This document shows, piece by piece, positions 10,327-19,955 of a stretch of 64,000 nucleotides of DNA (position 1 is its first letter; every line of letters starts with the position of its first letter). The stretch is taken from assembly GCA_964600575.1 (NCBI GenBank), contig CAZRJH010000002.1, positions 124,298 through 188,297 of the forward strand, written 5' to 3'. The position numbers were made by a program, and so were the translations under genes. The DNA is from an uncultured Gammaproteobacteria bacterium (GTDB lineage Bacteria > Patescibacteriota > Microgenomatia > UBA8517). Under the pieces are notes generated by a model that made no database searches, was not told where the DNA came from, and worked only from the letters and a program-made list of their open reading frames with translations.

Positions 10327-10375
10327 TGTAACCAGCCTCTTTCGGCTTAAGACGAAACGCTGGTTACTTTTTTTC
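10327..10375. terminator. Bidirectional intrinsic terminator between convergent genes
   Basis: GTAACCAGC...GCTGGTTAC is a 9-bp stem with an inner TTTCG/CGAAA extension, followed by TTTTTTT. Confidence 0.6.
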
Positions 10376-11347
10376 TTCTAACTCTAAATTTTGGGACGAA
10401 GAAATTTTCTGTCCTAAAGTTTTAAAGGATGACTGCACATTATTAATAGTGTTTTGGGCATTCGTCATATGTTTCTGAAGTATGAAGATTGACTCTTCAA
10501 CCTTGGAATAATCCTTTTGCATCCCTCTTAATATCTTAAATACTTCGCGTGATTTGGCTTCCAACACTTTTCCCTCAAAAGACAAAAGTAAAACCTGGAG
10601 ATGAGCATACAATGTATTTGGTGAGACCGGATAAACCCTTGCATTTCTTGCAAAGTTTGAGAGTTCGGGAATATTAACCACTTCATAATAGACCGATTCC
10701 GAAGGAATATACATTAAAGCAAAATCCATTGTTCCCTCTTCCGGCAAAATATATTTTTTACTTATATCTTCTATGTGTTTTTTGACGTCAGAGGTGAAAT
10801 CTTTTTTTGCTTTAGTTCTATCAACCTCCTTTTCTCCTTTAACCATTAAGTTAAAATTTTCCATGGGGAACTTTGAGTCAATACAGAGCAAACCCGCCTC
10901 CGTTTTTAAAACAGCATCAACTTTTACCCCAGACTTGAAACCGTACTGTAAATGAAATGAATTTTTGGGAAAAGTTTGGCCTATCATTTCTTTTAAAACT
11001 TCCTCCCCTAGCCCACCCCTTAACTTTGGAGATTGAAGAAAATCCTGGAGAGATCGTATTCCTTTGCCTATTTCGCTCATTTCACCTAAATCTCTTTGCA
11101 CTTGCGAAATAACACGAGCCGCGTTATCCAAACGCAAATTCACGGCTTCCGTATTTTTTTGAAGAGAAATTAAAAGGTCACGCCTGTCTTCGCGAGATCC
11201 TGATTGTAAAGTCTTTATAATTTCCAAGAGTTCATCTGACGGTTTTTGCTTCTCCGAAATTTCGGATATTTTTTTGCCTAGATAAAATGCAAGAAAAACT
11301 ACCGCGACAACCAATATAATTAACAAGATGGTAAGATTCATATTCAT
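10364..11347 (-). CDS. rmuC: DNA recombination protein RmuC
   Basis: 327 aa with an N-terminal TM and coiled coil. The conserved RmuC C-terminal core is present (NFARNARVYPVSPNTLYAHLQVL). Confidence 0.75.
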   Translation of the reverse strand: MNMNLTILLIILVVAVVFLAFYLGKKISEISEKQKPSDELLEIIKTLQSGSREDRRDLLISLQKNTEAVNLRLDNAARVISQVQRDLGEMSEIGKGIRSLQDFLQSPKLRGGLGEEVLKEMIGQTFPKNSFHLQYGFKSGVKVDAVLKTEAGLLCIDSKFPMENFNLMVKGEKEVDRTKAKKDFTSDVKKHIEDISKKYILPEEGTMDFALMYIPSESVYYEVVNIPELSNFARNARVYPVSPNTLYAHLQVLLLSFEGKVLEAKSREVFKILRGMQKDYSKVEESIFILQKHMTNAQNTINNVQSSFKTLGQKISSSQNLELEEKK

Positions 11348-11364
11348 TATTAGTATATCAACCT

Positions 11365-11700
11365 ATGCGAAATCGGAGTAGGAACGAACAAATATTAAAA
11401 CGGAAGAATTTTTTACCAACTTTAGTTATTACCATATTTTTATGGATAGTACTTAGTATGTTGATTGAGTTTGTAGATCCCCAAGTCTTCGGCGCAGTTC
11501 CCATTTTTTTTATTACCTCCTTCTTTGCCTTTCTGTTTACTTTTTCGCTACTGTTCGCCTCCGGCAGGCGCGGGTTAATTTTTGCGCTATCTTCAACAAC
11601 ATATCTGTTCTTGGCGTATTTGGGAGTTGGAAACTATCTTAATCTCGTATTAATAGTTGCAATTGCAATATGTGTCGAGTTATATTTCGGCACCAAATGA
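11365..11700 (+). CDS. Small polytopic membrane protein (hypothetical)
   Basis: 111 aa with 3-4 hydrophobic helices. Confidence 0.45.
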   Translation: MRNRSRNEQILKRKNFLPTLVITIFLWIVLSMLIEFVDPQVFGAVPIFFITSFFAFLFTFSLLFASGRRGLIFALSSTTYLFLAYLGVGNYLNLVLIVAIAICVELYFGTK

Positions 11701-12038
11701 ATAAAAGTTTAAAAAACGGTCTCTATCGCACTTTTTTTCAAATGCTTGCAGATCTTAAAAAAACCGGTGAAATCGAAAGTTTTTGGTCCGACTTTTTAGG
11801 AGAAAAAGAATTGGATGGCCTGGTAAGAAAACTGGCAACTCTTTATTGGATCAAAAAAGGCAGGGATTTTGAAAACATTAAGACTAATCTGGGAACCACA
11901 AAGACGGATTTTGAGCAGGCAAAAAAAATACTAAGTAAAAAAGGTATCAGGTTGGCAATCAAAAAGATTGAGGCCGAGGAGTGGGCAAACATTTGGGCCG
12001 AAAAGATTAAAAAGCTGGGAACTAGGCGTGGAACCTAG
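11697..12038 (+). CDS. TrpR/YerC-like helix-turn-helix protein
   Basis: ATG at 11697 overlaps the upstream stop as ATGA. The sequence GLYRTFFQMLADLKKTGEIESFWSDFLGEKELDGL resembles the YerC/YecD Trp-repressor-like family. Confidence 0.5.
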   Translation: MNKSLKNGLYRTFFQMLADLKKTGEIESFWSDFLGEKELDGLVRKLATLYWIKKGRDFENIKTNLGTTKTDFEQAKKILSKKGIRLAIKKIEAEEWANIWAEKIKKLGTRRGT

Positions 12039-12050
12039 TATAATAGGCTC

Positions 12051-13493
12051 ATGGCTTCCAAAAAGGGTTCTTATTACCTTACAACCACACTTCCGTATGT
12101 TAACGCCAAGCCTCATATAGGTTTTGCTCTGGAAATAATTCAGGCCGATGTCGTGGCAAGATACAAAACCCTAGCAGGATACGATGTCTTTTTTAACACA
12201 GGTACAGACGAGCACGGACAAAAAATATATCAAAAAGCCCTCGAGGAGGGTAAAGATCCCCAGAGATACACGGACGAGTATGCGGCAAAATTTGATATTT
12301 TAAAAGACAAGTTGAATCTTACTTACAACAATTTCATACGAACTACCGACATTCACCACAAGGAGGCCGCCAAAGAGATTTGGAATAGATGCCTTAAAAA
12401 CGGGTACATAGAAAAAGGAATTTATAAGGCTAAATACTGCGTCGGTTGCGAACTTGAAAAACAAGATTCCGAACTTACTGAAGGAAAGTGCCCTATCCAC
12501 CCCAATCTTGAAATTCAATTAATAAAAGAGGAGAACTATTTTTTCAAATTTTCTAGACTTCAAAACAAACTTCTCGAATATTATCAAAAAAACCCAAATT
12601 TCATTGTCCCTAAACACAGGCTAACGGAAATTGAAAACTTCGTTAAAGAAGGTTTGCAAGATTTTAGTATTTCGCGCTTGAAAGAAAAAATGCCTTGGGG
12701 AGTTGCGGTTCCTGGTGATGATAAACAGGTAATGTATGTTTGGTTTGACGCTCTTACAAATTATATCTCGGCACTAGGCTGGCCCGAAAATAATGAAAAA
12801 TTTGAAACTTTTTGGGGCACAAACGATAAACCTAACGCGGTTCAGGTTGCGGGTAAGGACAACCTAAGACAACAATCCTCAATGTGGCAAGCGATGTTGT
12901 TTGCGGCGGGCCTACCCCCAAGTAAACAGATATTTATTCACGGATTTATAACTTCCGGCGGACAAAAGATGAGTAAGTCGTTAGGAAATGTTATTGATCC
13001 TATTGAATATGTAGAAAAATACGGGACAGACGCGCTAAGATACTATTTGCTTGCAAAAATAAATCCCACAGAAGACAGCGATTTTACAAAAGAGAAGTTT
13101 GAGGAAGCATATAACGGTGAGCTGGCAAACGGGCTGGGAAATCTTGTTGCAAGAGTTGCAAGACTTGCAGAAATTAACAAAATTTCCAATCAAACCAATA
13201 TTGCAAAAGCACTTTCAGAAGAAGTTGAAAAAAATATCATTGAATTTAGATTTGACTTTGCAATCGAGGCCGTTTGGAAGCAAATAAAAGAACTAGATTT
13301 GATAATCAACAAAAACGAACTCTGGAAAGAAACAAACCAAAAGACCGACATTCTACGACAAGTTATAAAAGGTATAACTCAAATAGCCACAGACCTTCAG
13401 CCTTTTCTACCTAACACATCGGAGAAAATCCATAATCAATTCGGCGGTGAGAAGATAACTTCTCAGAAGCCTTTGTTCCCAAGAGTGGCATAA
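12051..13493 (+). CDS. metG: Methionyl-tRNA synthetase (short form)
   Basis: Class I HIGH-region motif P-HIGF and a KMSKSLGN motif are present. The anticodon-binding C-terminus is MetRS-like. Confidence 0.93.
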   Translation: MASKKGSYYLTTTLPYVNAKPHIGFALEIIQADVVARYKTLAGYDVFFNTGTDEHGQKIYQKALEEGKDPQRYTDEYAAKFDILKDKLNLTYNNFIRTTDIHHKEAAKEIWNRCLKNGYIEKGIYKAKYCVGCELEKQDSELTEGKCPIHPNLEIQLIKEENYFFKFSRLQNKLLEYYQKNPNFIVPKHRLTEIENFVKEGLQDFSISRLKEKMPWGVAVPGDDKQVMYVWFDALTNYISALGWPENNEKFETFWGTNDKPNAVQVAGKDNLRQQSSMWQAMLFAAGLPPSKQIFIHGFITSGGQKMSKSLGNVIDPIEYVEKYGTDALRYYLLAKINPTEDSDFTKEKFEEAYNGELANGLGNLVARVARLAEINKISNQTNIAKALSEEVEKNIIEFRFDFAIEAVWKQIKELDLIINKNELWKETNQKTDILRQVIKGITQIATDLQPFLPNTSEKIHNQFGGEKITSQKPLFPRVA

Positions 13494-13508
13494 CCATATA
13501 ACAACAAA

Positions 13509-14999
13509 GTGAGAGAATTTATAATAAAAAACGAAAAGGTTATCTTGAGAATTCTAGAGATTGTCCCTGGTTTTGTTTCTTGGAATTTAATACTACTTCC
13601 CTACTGGGGCATTTTTGTCTTTCCGGTTTTTGTTGCCTACTTCGTTTTATTTTTCAATGTTTATTGGTTTTACCAATCACTCCAGATTGCGGTTACCTCT
13701 ATCGTATCCCACACCAGGATTCAGGCTGCTAAAGTTTACGACTGGATGGGTGATGTCAGGGACTTTCCGGACTACAAAAAAGTTAGGCATATTGTAATAA
13801 TTCCAACCTACAAAGAGCCTCTTCATATTCTAGAAAGAACTCTAAATTCCTTAGCCGTTCAGGAGATGTCGTTAAAACAAATTGTTCCCGTGATAGCCAT
13901 GGAGGCCAATGAGCCCAAAACAGATAGAGATATAAAACTAAAAGCAATTAAAGAAAAATTTGGCGATAAATTTGGAGGCCTTTTTACAACCGTACACGAG
14001 TTAAAGCCCGGAGAGGTTGCAGGAAAAGCATCTAATGAACGTTATGCAGCAATATGGGTTAAGAAAAACTATCTGGATAAAAACAAGATCGATATAAACT
14101 ATGTAACCGTCACCAGTTGTGACGCCGACCATAGATTTCACCCTAAACATTTTGCAGCCTTAACTTTTAAATTCTTGGACAACCCAGAAAGGTACAGAAT
14201 GTTTTGGCAACCCGCGGTTATGTTTTACAACAATATTTGGGAGATACCAGCCATTACTAGAGTCCCCAACACTCTAATGACAATATTTAATCTGTCTCAA
14301 CTGCCGAGACACGATAGACTTATTAACGCTCAAAATTATTCGTTGTCATTTAAACTTTTAGACAAAGTAGATTACTGGGACCCGGATAAAATTCCCGAGG
14401 ATTGGGGAATATTTTTTAAGGCATTTTATAAAGTTGGTGGTGGGATAGAAGTTGAACCTTTATACCTCCCTCTTATGGCGGATGCGGCTCAATCAAACTC
14501 GTTCTGGAAAACATTGAAAAACCAGTATCAACAAATTCAAAGATGGGCCTGGGGAGTGAGCGATGATCCATGGATAATTAAAAGCTATCTCTTGGCAAAA
14601 GATATTCCTTTTTGGGACAAAACAACTCGACTGTTTCAGGTAATATGGGCTCATTTTTTGTGGCCTGTTTACTGGTTTATTATAACCTTGGGGCTTACAA
14701 TACCCACACTTTTGAACCCCGCTTTTGGTAGAACCGCTCTAGGCTATACCATTCCAAAACTTTCTTCTTATATTCTTACAATATCCTTAGTCTTCCTTAT
14801 TATCATGTTTGTAATAGACAACATTCAAAAACCGGAAAAACCGAAAGACTTTCCTGCATGGCGAGTAATTCTTTTACCTTTTGAATTTGTACTTATGCCT
14901 ATTGCGGGGTTTTTCTTTGCTGCATTACCGGGACTAGATGCCCACACCAGATTGATGCTCGGAAAATATATGGAGTACAAAGTTACGGAAAAAGTTTAG
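13509..14999 (+). CDS. Membrane-embedded family-2 glycosyltransferase (cellulose-synthase-like topology)
   Basis: 496 aa. The GT2 N-terminal motif VIIPTYKEP, a DxD-like TSCDADH and a QxxRW-like QQIQRWAWG are present, with flanking TM helices. Confidence 0.7.
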   Translation: MREFIIKNEKVILRILEIVPGFVSWNLILLPYWGIFVFPVFVAYFVLFFNVYWFYQSLQIAVTSIVSHTRIQAAKVYDWMGDVRDFPDYKKVRHIVIIPTYKEPLHILERTLNSLAVQEMSLKQIVPVIAMEANEPKTDRDIKLKAIKEKFGDKFGGLFTTVHELKPGEVAGKASNERYAAIWVKKNYLDKNKIDINYVTVTSCDADHRFHPKHFAALTFKFLDNPERYRMFWQPAVMFYNNIWEIPAITRVPNTLMTIFNLSQLPRHDRLINAQNYSLSFKLLDKVDYWDPDKIPEDWGIFFKAFYKVGGGIEVEPLYLPLMADAAQSNSFWKTLKNQYQQIQRWAWGVSDDPWIIKSYLLAKDIPFWDKTTRLFQVIWAHFLWPVYWFIITLGLTIPTLLNPAFGRTALGYTIPKLSSYILTISLVFLIIMFVIDNIQKPEKPKDFPAWRVILLPFEFVLMPIAGFFFAALPGLDAHTRLMLGKYMEYKVTEKV

Positions 15000-15032
15000 T
15001 TGGAATCTATTTTATCTAATTTGTTATTAATC

Positions 15033-15998
15033 TTATTGATCTAAAGATTTGTAATATTCGACGGTCTTGGCAATGCCACTTCCAAGGTTGGTGACCGGCT
15101 CCCACTCCAAAGCTTCTTTGACTTTAGAAATATCCGGACATCTTTGTTTTGGATCGTCCTTGGGAAGATCTTTGTAGACAAACTCTGACTTTGATGCAGT
15201 TAAATCTTTTATTTTTTGAGCCAAATCAAACATTGTATATTCTTCTGGGTTACCCAGGTTAAAAATCTGACCGCCAAGATCATCCGTAAACATAACTTTA
15301 CAAATTCCGGAAACCATGTCGTCGATATAACAAAAGGACCTGGTTTGGCCGCCGTCGCCATAAATTGTAATATCTTTATCGTTTAATGCTTGATTAATAA
15401 AATTGCTAATCACCCGTCCGTCGTCTTTCTGCATCCTGGGGCCGTATGTATTAAAAATTCTTACAATTCGGGCGTCTAAGGAATACTTATTTATAAAAAC
15501 ATAAGCCGCAGCCTCGGCAAACCGTTTACTTTCGTCGTAGCAAGCACGAGGACCAAAAGAATTTACATTTCCCCAATATTCCTCTTTTTGGGGAGAGACT
15601 TTAGGGTCCCCATAAATTTCCGAGGTCGAGGCAATAAGTATTCTGGACTTATTATTTTTTGCCAAATTCAAGACATTCAGAGTACCCAATGAGTTAGCAA
15701 GAAGCGTTTCTTCCGGATTTTCATAATAACCTTTTGGAGAAGCAGGGGAAGCAAGGTGAAAAATCATATCAAAATCAAGCTCGAACGCTCGATTTTTCGG
15801 ATCAACAACATCACCTTTTACAAAAGTAAAACCTTCTTTTTGCAAAAGACCAGATATGTTTTCTTCCCTACCTGTAATCAAATTATCAAGCACGGTAACT
15901 TTGTTGCCTTCATCTACTAATTTTTGCGACAAGTGGCTGCCTATAAACCCGGCTCCGCCGGTTATAAGTATGTTTTTCATTGGCATATTATACCTCAT
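15033..15998 (-). CDS. NAD-dependent sugar-nucleotide epimerase/dehydratase, UDP-glucuronate decarboxylase (UXS)-like
   Basis: Rossmann motif ILITGGAGFIGSH and catalytic YDESKR are present. The length (321 aa) is typical of UXS/RmlB. Confidence 0.85.
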   Translation of the reverse strand: MRYNMPMKNILITGGAGFIGSHLSQKLVDEGNKVTVLDNLITGREENISGLLQKEGFTFVKGDVVDPKNRAFELDFDMIFHLASPASPKGYYENPEETLLANSLGTLNVLNLAKNNKSRILIASTSEIYGDPKVSPQKEEYWGNVNSFGPRACYDESKRFAEAAAYVFINKYSLDARIVRIFNTYGPRMQKDDGRVISNFINQALNDKDITIYGDGGQTRSFCYIDDMVSGICKVMFTDDLGGQIFNLGNPEEYTMFDLAQKIKDLTASKSEFVYKDLPKDDPKQRCPDISKVKEALEWEPVTNLGSGIAKTVEYYKSLDQ

Positions 15999-16034
15999 AT
16001 TGAGTTGAATTTACCTTGTGATACACTGATTTAT

Positions 16035-17534
16035 ATGCGTTCATTTTGGAATAAACTTCACGCAATTGGTGATATTCTCCACCTCCCCGAAATTCCAAAC
16101 TGGCTTTTGGGACTTATGGTTTTGGTTATGATACTCCGCGTTCCCAGTTTTTTTGAACCAAATTACTACGGTGACGAGATGATTTATCTAACGCTTGGTC
16201 AGGGTGTCAGACAAGGAGTGACATTATATAAAGATTTGCACGACAACAAGCCTCCATTACTATATTTAACAGCGGCAGCGGCAGGAAATATTTTCTGGTT
16301 CAAAGTTATTTTGGCTTTCTGGAGTATTGTCACTATTTATTACTTTTTCAAACTTGCAGAAAAGTTGTTTAAGGGTAGGGATAAAACGGTTAAGCTTGCC
16401 ACACTTGTATTTGGCTTATTAACCACCCTTCCACTTATGGAGGGGAATACTGTGAACGCTGAGCTCTTTATGATTTTACCTTCGATAACGGCTCTTCTGA
16501 TTTTGCTTTCGGAGGGACTAAATACAAAAAAAATATTTTTTGCAGGTTTTTTATTTGGAATAGCTGCCCTTTTTAAGATTCCTGCGTTGTTTGAACTACC
16601 GGTTATCGTAGTTTACTGGTTACTAACCGACACTAAAAATTGGAAAAGAGTCCTTCTAAGTTCAATCGTTCTCGCACTAGGGTTTGCGGCGCCGATATTC
16701 CTTACAATTGTGTGGTACTTTGCTCAGGGAGCCGTGCCAGAGTACATCAAAGCAGCATTTCTACAAAATGTCGGTTATTTAAGTAGTTTTAGGCCAGACG
16801 ATATTCAAAAACCATTTTTAGTCAGAAACCTTCCTTTATTAATAAGGGCAAGTATCGTCTTTTTGGGTGTTTTGGTTTTGTTTATTAAAAGACAAAAGCT
16901 GTCAAAAAACTTTATTTTATTGACCACCTGGACACTTTTTACCCTGTTTGCGATTACCCTATCAGAAAGACCATATCCTCACTATTTTGTACAAACACTC
17001 GCACCATTTTCTTTTTTGATTGCAATGTTTTTTTCAGAAGACCGTATAGATCAGGTATTGGTTATTTTTCCGATTACCATAAGTCTTTTTGTTCCGGTTT
17101 TTTATAAGTTTTATTTTTACCCCACAACTGCTTATTACTCCAGATTTGCCAGTTTTGCATCTGGAAAGATTACAAAAGCCCAATATTTCACCGGTTTTGC
17201 TTCGACTACTAACCGAAACTACAAAATATCCGAATTTATTGTTCAGTCCAGTCACCCTAAAGACAAAATTTTTATGTGGGATCCTGACTCGGCAGCGATA
17301 TATGCCATGTCCAGAAGACTTCCGCCTACAAAATTCACAGTGCCCTATCATGTAGATGATTTTTCGTCTAAAGAGGAAGTTGCCAAACAAATAATTGCCA
17401 ACCCTCCCAAATTTATTATTCTTACAAGTCAATATCCGTATACGGAGCTTAACCTTCTTATTAGACAAAGATACCTTCTTATACAGCAAATTGACAACGC
17501 AAGCATTTATACCAGAATAGATTTGGCCAGGTAG
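16035..17534 (+). CDS. GT-C fold membrane glycosyltransferase (ArnT/PMT, GT39/GT83-like)
   Basis: ATG 16035 is chosen to avoid an overlap with the upstream gene. The first-loop motif YGDEMIYL with DE is present and there are ≥10 TM helices. Confidence 0.65.
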   Translation: MRSFWNKLHAIGDILHLPEIPNWLLGLMVLVMILRVPSFFEPNYYGDEMIYLTLGQGVRQGVTLYKDLHDNKPPLLYLTAAAAGNIFWFKVILAFWSIVTIYYFFKLAEKLFKGRDKTVKLATLVFGLLTTLPLMEGNTVNAELFMILPSITALLILLSEGLNTKKIFFAGFLFGIAALFKIPALFELPVIVVYWLLTDTKNWKRVLLSSIVLALGFAAPIFLTIVWYFAQGAVPEYIKAAFLQNVGYLSSFRPDDIQKPFLVRNLPLLIRASIVFLGVLVLFIKRQKLSKNFILLTTWTLFTLFAITLSERPYPHYFVQTLAPFSFLIAMFFSEDRIDQVLVIFPITISLFVPVFYKFYFYPTTAYYSRFASFASGKITKAQYFTGFASTTNRNYKISEFIVQSSHPKDKIFMWDPDSAAIYAMSRRLPPTKFTVPYHVDDFSSKEEVAKQIIANPPKFIILTSQYPYTELNLLIRQRYLLIQQIDNASIYTRIDLAR

Positions 17535-17557
17535 ATCCAATTGTAGTAAAATCGACT

Positions 17558-17914
17558 GTGTCAAACAAAATCAAGTTGGCCCCACTAGAAGGAATCCCCA
17601 ATAGAGAGTATGTATATTTTTCTTTGGTATTAATGATTGTTTCGGGTTTGATTTTTGTCATTATTAGAAGTTTTTTACCCCCGGTTGTCCCTTTCTTTTA
17701 TGGTAGCCCTATTGGCGAAAAACAGCTTGTTCCACAAATGGGGTTACTTTTAGCGCCATTGCTGTCGCTTGTAATTACAGTTTTTAATCTATTTTTAGCT
17801 TCCAAAATGCAAGATAAATTTGTTAAGCAGGTTTTGATTGCCGGGTCAGTATTGTTTTCACTTTTTATGGCAATTGCGTTTGTTAAAGTCGTTTTTTTGG
17901 TAGGTTTATTTTAA
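17558..17914 (+). CDS. Small membrane protein (hypothetical)
   Basis: 118 aa with 3 hydrophobic helices. It is tightly packed between glycosyltransferase genes. Confidence 0.45.
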   Translation: MSNKIKLAPLEGIPNREYVYFSLVLMIVSGLIFVIIRSFLPPVVPFFYGSPIGEKQLVPQMGLLLAPLLSLVITVFNLFLASKMQDKFVKQVLIAGSVLFSLFMAIAFVKVVFLVGLF

Positions 17915-19029
17915 TGGTCAATTTAAGGCAAATTTTTTTAATACCCTGGCTTGTCGCCATAGCTGTTTCTTTCTTTGCCACCCCCCTTGTTATTAAATAC
18001 GCAAAAAAATTGGGCATAGTGGACGATCCAAAAAAGAACAAACACCCCAAAGTTATCCATACATACCCGATACCACGAGGCGGAGGAATTCCTATTTTTT
18101 TGGCGCTGATAGCCTGTATTCTTATGTTTCTACCCTTAGACAAACAGACAGTGGGGATAATTTTAGGAGCTACCCTTCTGGTTTTAATGGGTTTTTTGGA
18201 TGACAAACACAACCTCAACCCCTATTTAAGACTTATATTGGGTATTGTGGCCTCCCTTATTCCCGTTGCAGCAGGTATCGGAATATCGTTTATCTCAAAT
18301 CCCTTGACTGCTATGGGCATAAATAATCCTTTGGGAGGAATCATAGATTTAAGCACCCCCAGGTTGGATATTGTTCTTTTTGGGACTACACACAGCATTT
18401 GGATACTTAGTGATATTCTTGCGATTATTTGGATAACATTTTTAATGAATATTGTTAATATGGGTGCCAAAGGGGTGGATGGCCAGATGAGCGGAGTTAC
18501 TGTAGTTGCCGCACTGACAATAGCCTTCTTATCTCTCAGATATTCTGCGGATATAACCCAGTGGCCTGTAATAATATTGGCTGCAATAACTTCAGGAGCC
18601 TACTTAGGTTTTTTGCCGTGGCATATGTATCCACAAAAAATAATGCCTGGCTATGGCGGAAGCACACTTGCGGGGTATTTATTGGCAATTCTTTCTATAC
18701 TTTCAACAACCAAGGCTGGAGCACTAATGGTGGTTTTAGGTGTTCCTTTAATTGACACGGGTTATACAATAATCAGAAGAATTTTAGCAAAAAGATCACC
18801 TGTTTGGGGAGATAGAGGCCACCTTCATCATCGCCTTTTAGATATTGGAATGACAAAGCAGCAAGTTGCGGTTTTCTATTGGGTAATTACAGGCGTTCTT
18901 GGATTTCTAGCTCTTAATTTGAATACAGCAACCAAGGTCTATACAATGATAGGCATAGCGGCCATAATAGGAGGATTAATTTTGTGGTTAACATATCGAC
19001 CGAAAAATCAACAAAAAGAGAATCTATAA
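17914..19029 (+). CDS. GT4 polyprenyl-phosphate sugar-1-phosphate transferase (MraY/WecA family)
   Basis: 371 aa polytopic protein. Family motifs FLDDKHNL, NMGAKGVDG and HLHHRLLD are present. Confidence 0.8.
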   Translation: MVNLRQIFLIPWLVAIAVSFFATPLVIKYAKKLGIVDDPKKNKHPKVIHTYPIPRGGGIPIFLALIACILMFLPLDKQTVGIILGATLLVLMGFLDDKHNLNPYLRLILGIVASLIPVAAGIGISFISNPLTAMGINNPLGGIIDLSTPRLDIVLFGTTHSIWILSDILAIIWITFLMNIVNMGAKGVDGQMSGVTVVAALTIAFLSLRYSADITQWPVIILAAITSGAYLGFLPWHMYPQKIMPGYGGSTLAGYLLAILSILSTTKAGALMVVLGVPLIDTGYTIIRRILAKRSPVWGDRGHLHHRLLDIGMTKQQVAVFYWVITGVLGFLALNLNTATKVYTMIGIAAIIGGLILWLTYRPKNQQKENL

Positions 19030-19049
19030 TATCCGCAGTCATAAAAGTA

Positions 19050-19955
19050 ATGCGGCCAATTCATTGGGTCAAAAACCTATCACTTTTTGCCGCGATTCTT
19101 TTGACCGGTGAATTTTTTGATAGAGCTCAATTTGTAAATGTTTTTTGGGGATTTATTGCTTTCTGTTTTGCAACTTCGGCAACCTATATAATAAATGATG
19201 TTTTTGATGTAAAAAATGATAGACTCCACCCCACAAAACGTTTTAGACCGATAGCCTCCGGCAGTTTGCCTATTGCTTTAGCACTAGTTCAAGGGCTTGG
19301 CATGGCCGCCGTAGCTCTTTTTATGAGTGCTACTTTTAATTCAATTTTTTTCTTTCTGGTGATGGGATACCTTATACTTCAGCTTTTTTACAGCATATAC
19401 CTAAAAAACATAGCAATTTTGGATATTCTTATAATAGCCACAGGCTTTATCATCAGGGTTTACGCGGGAGCATTTGCAATTAATGCTCACCTATCTGTTT
19501 GGTTTCTACTTTGTGTAATTTCTACCGCACTTTTTCTTGCTTCGGGAAAAAGAAGAGCGGAGTTAAACTTGGCCCAAAATACGGCAAGTCTAACCAGAAA
19601 AAGTCTGGATAATTACAAAAAGGAACTTTTGAATTCGTTTGTAACCATGTTCGGAAATGCTGCATGGATGAGCTGGTCGCTTTTTACTTTTTTTGAAAGT
19701 CCTAAAGCAACCCTCCCCTTCTGGTTGGTGCTTGCAGAACTCAGTCGTACAACGACAATTGACAAACTCTTAATGATAACAATTCCTATCACTATTTTTG
19801 GAATAATGAGATATGAGTTTCTTATATTTGAAGGAAAAAGCGAAACCCCGGAAAGGTTACTTTTGACAGATAAGGCTCTTATTGCCGCTATCGGAATGTG
19901 GGTTTTTGTTGTGTATTGGGTTCTATATAGCGGGGTCTCTATATCAGGGATTTGA
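19050..19955 (+). CDS. UbiA-family prenyltransferase, decaprenyl-phosphate 5-phosphoribosyltransferase (DPPR synthase)-like
   Basis: Asp-rich motif YIINDVFDVKNDRLHPTKRFRPIASG and a second motif further downstream are present. ATG 19050 is chosen to avoid a 46-nt overlap. Confidence 0.7.
   Translation: MRPIHWVKNLSLFAAILLTGEFFDRAQFVNVFWGFIAFCFATSATYIINDVFDVKNDRLHPTKRFRPIASGSLPIALALVQGLGMAAVALFMSATFNSIFFFLVMGYLILQLFYSIYLKNIAILDILIIATGFIIRVYAGAFAINAHLSVWFLLCVISTALFLASGKRRAELNLAQNTASLTRKSLDNYKKELLNSFVTMFGNAAWMSWSLFTFFESPKATLPFWLVLAELSRTTTIDKLLMITIPITIFGIMRYEFLIFEGKSETPERLLLTDKALIAAIGMWVFVVYWVLYSGVSISGI

Noticed and set aside
15924-16034. Upstream extension of the GT-C glycosyltransferase ORF
   Set aside because: It would overlap the convergent UXS-like gene by 75 nt. 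The in-frame ATG at 16035 gives a non-overlapping start.
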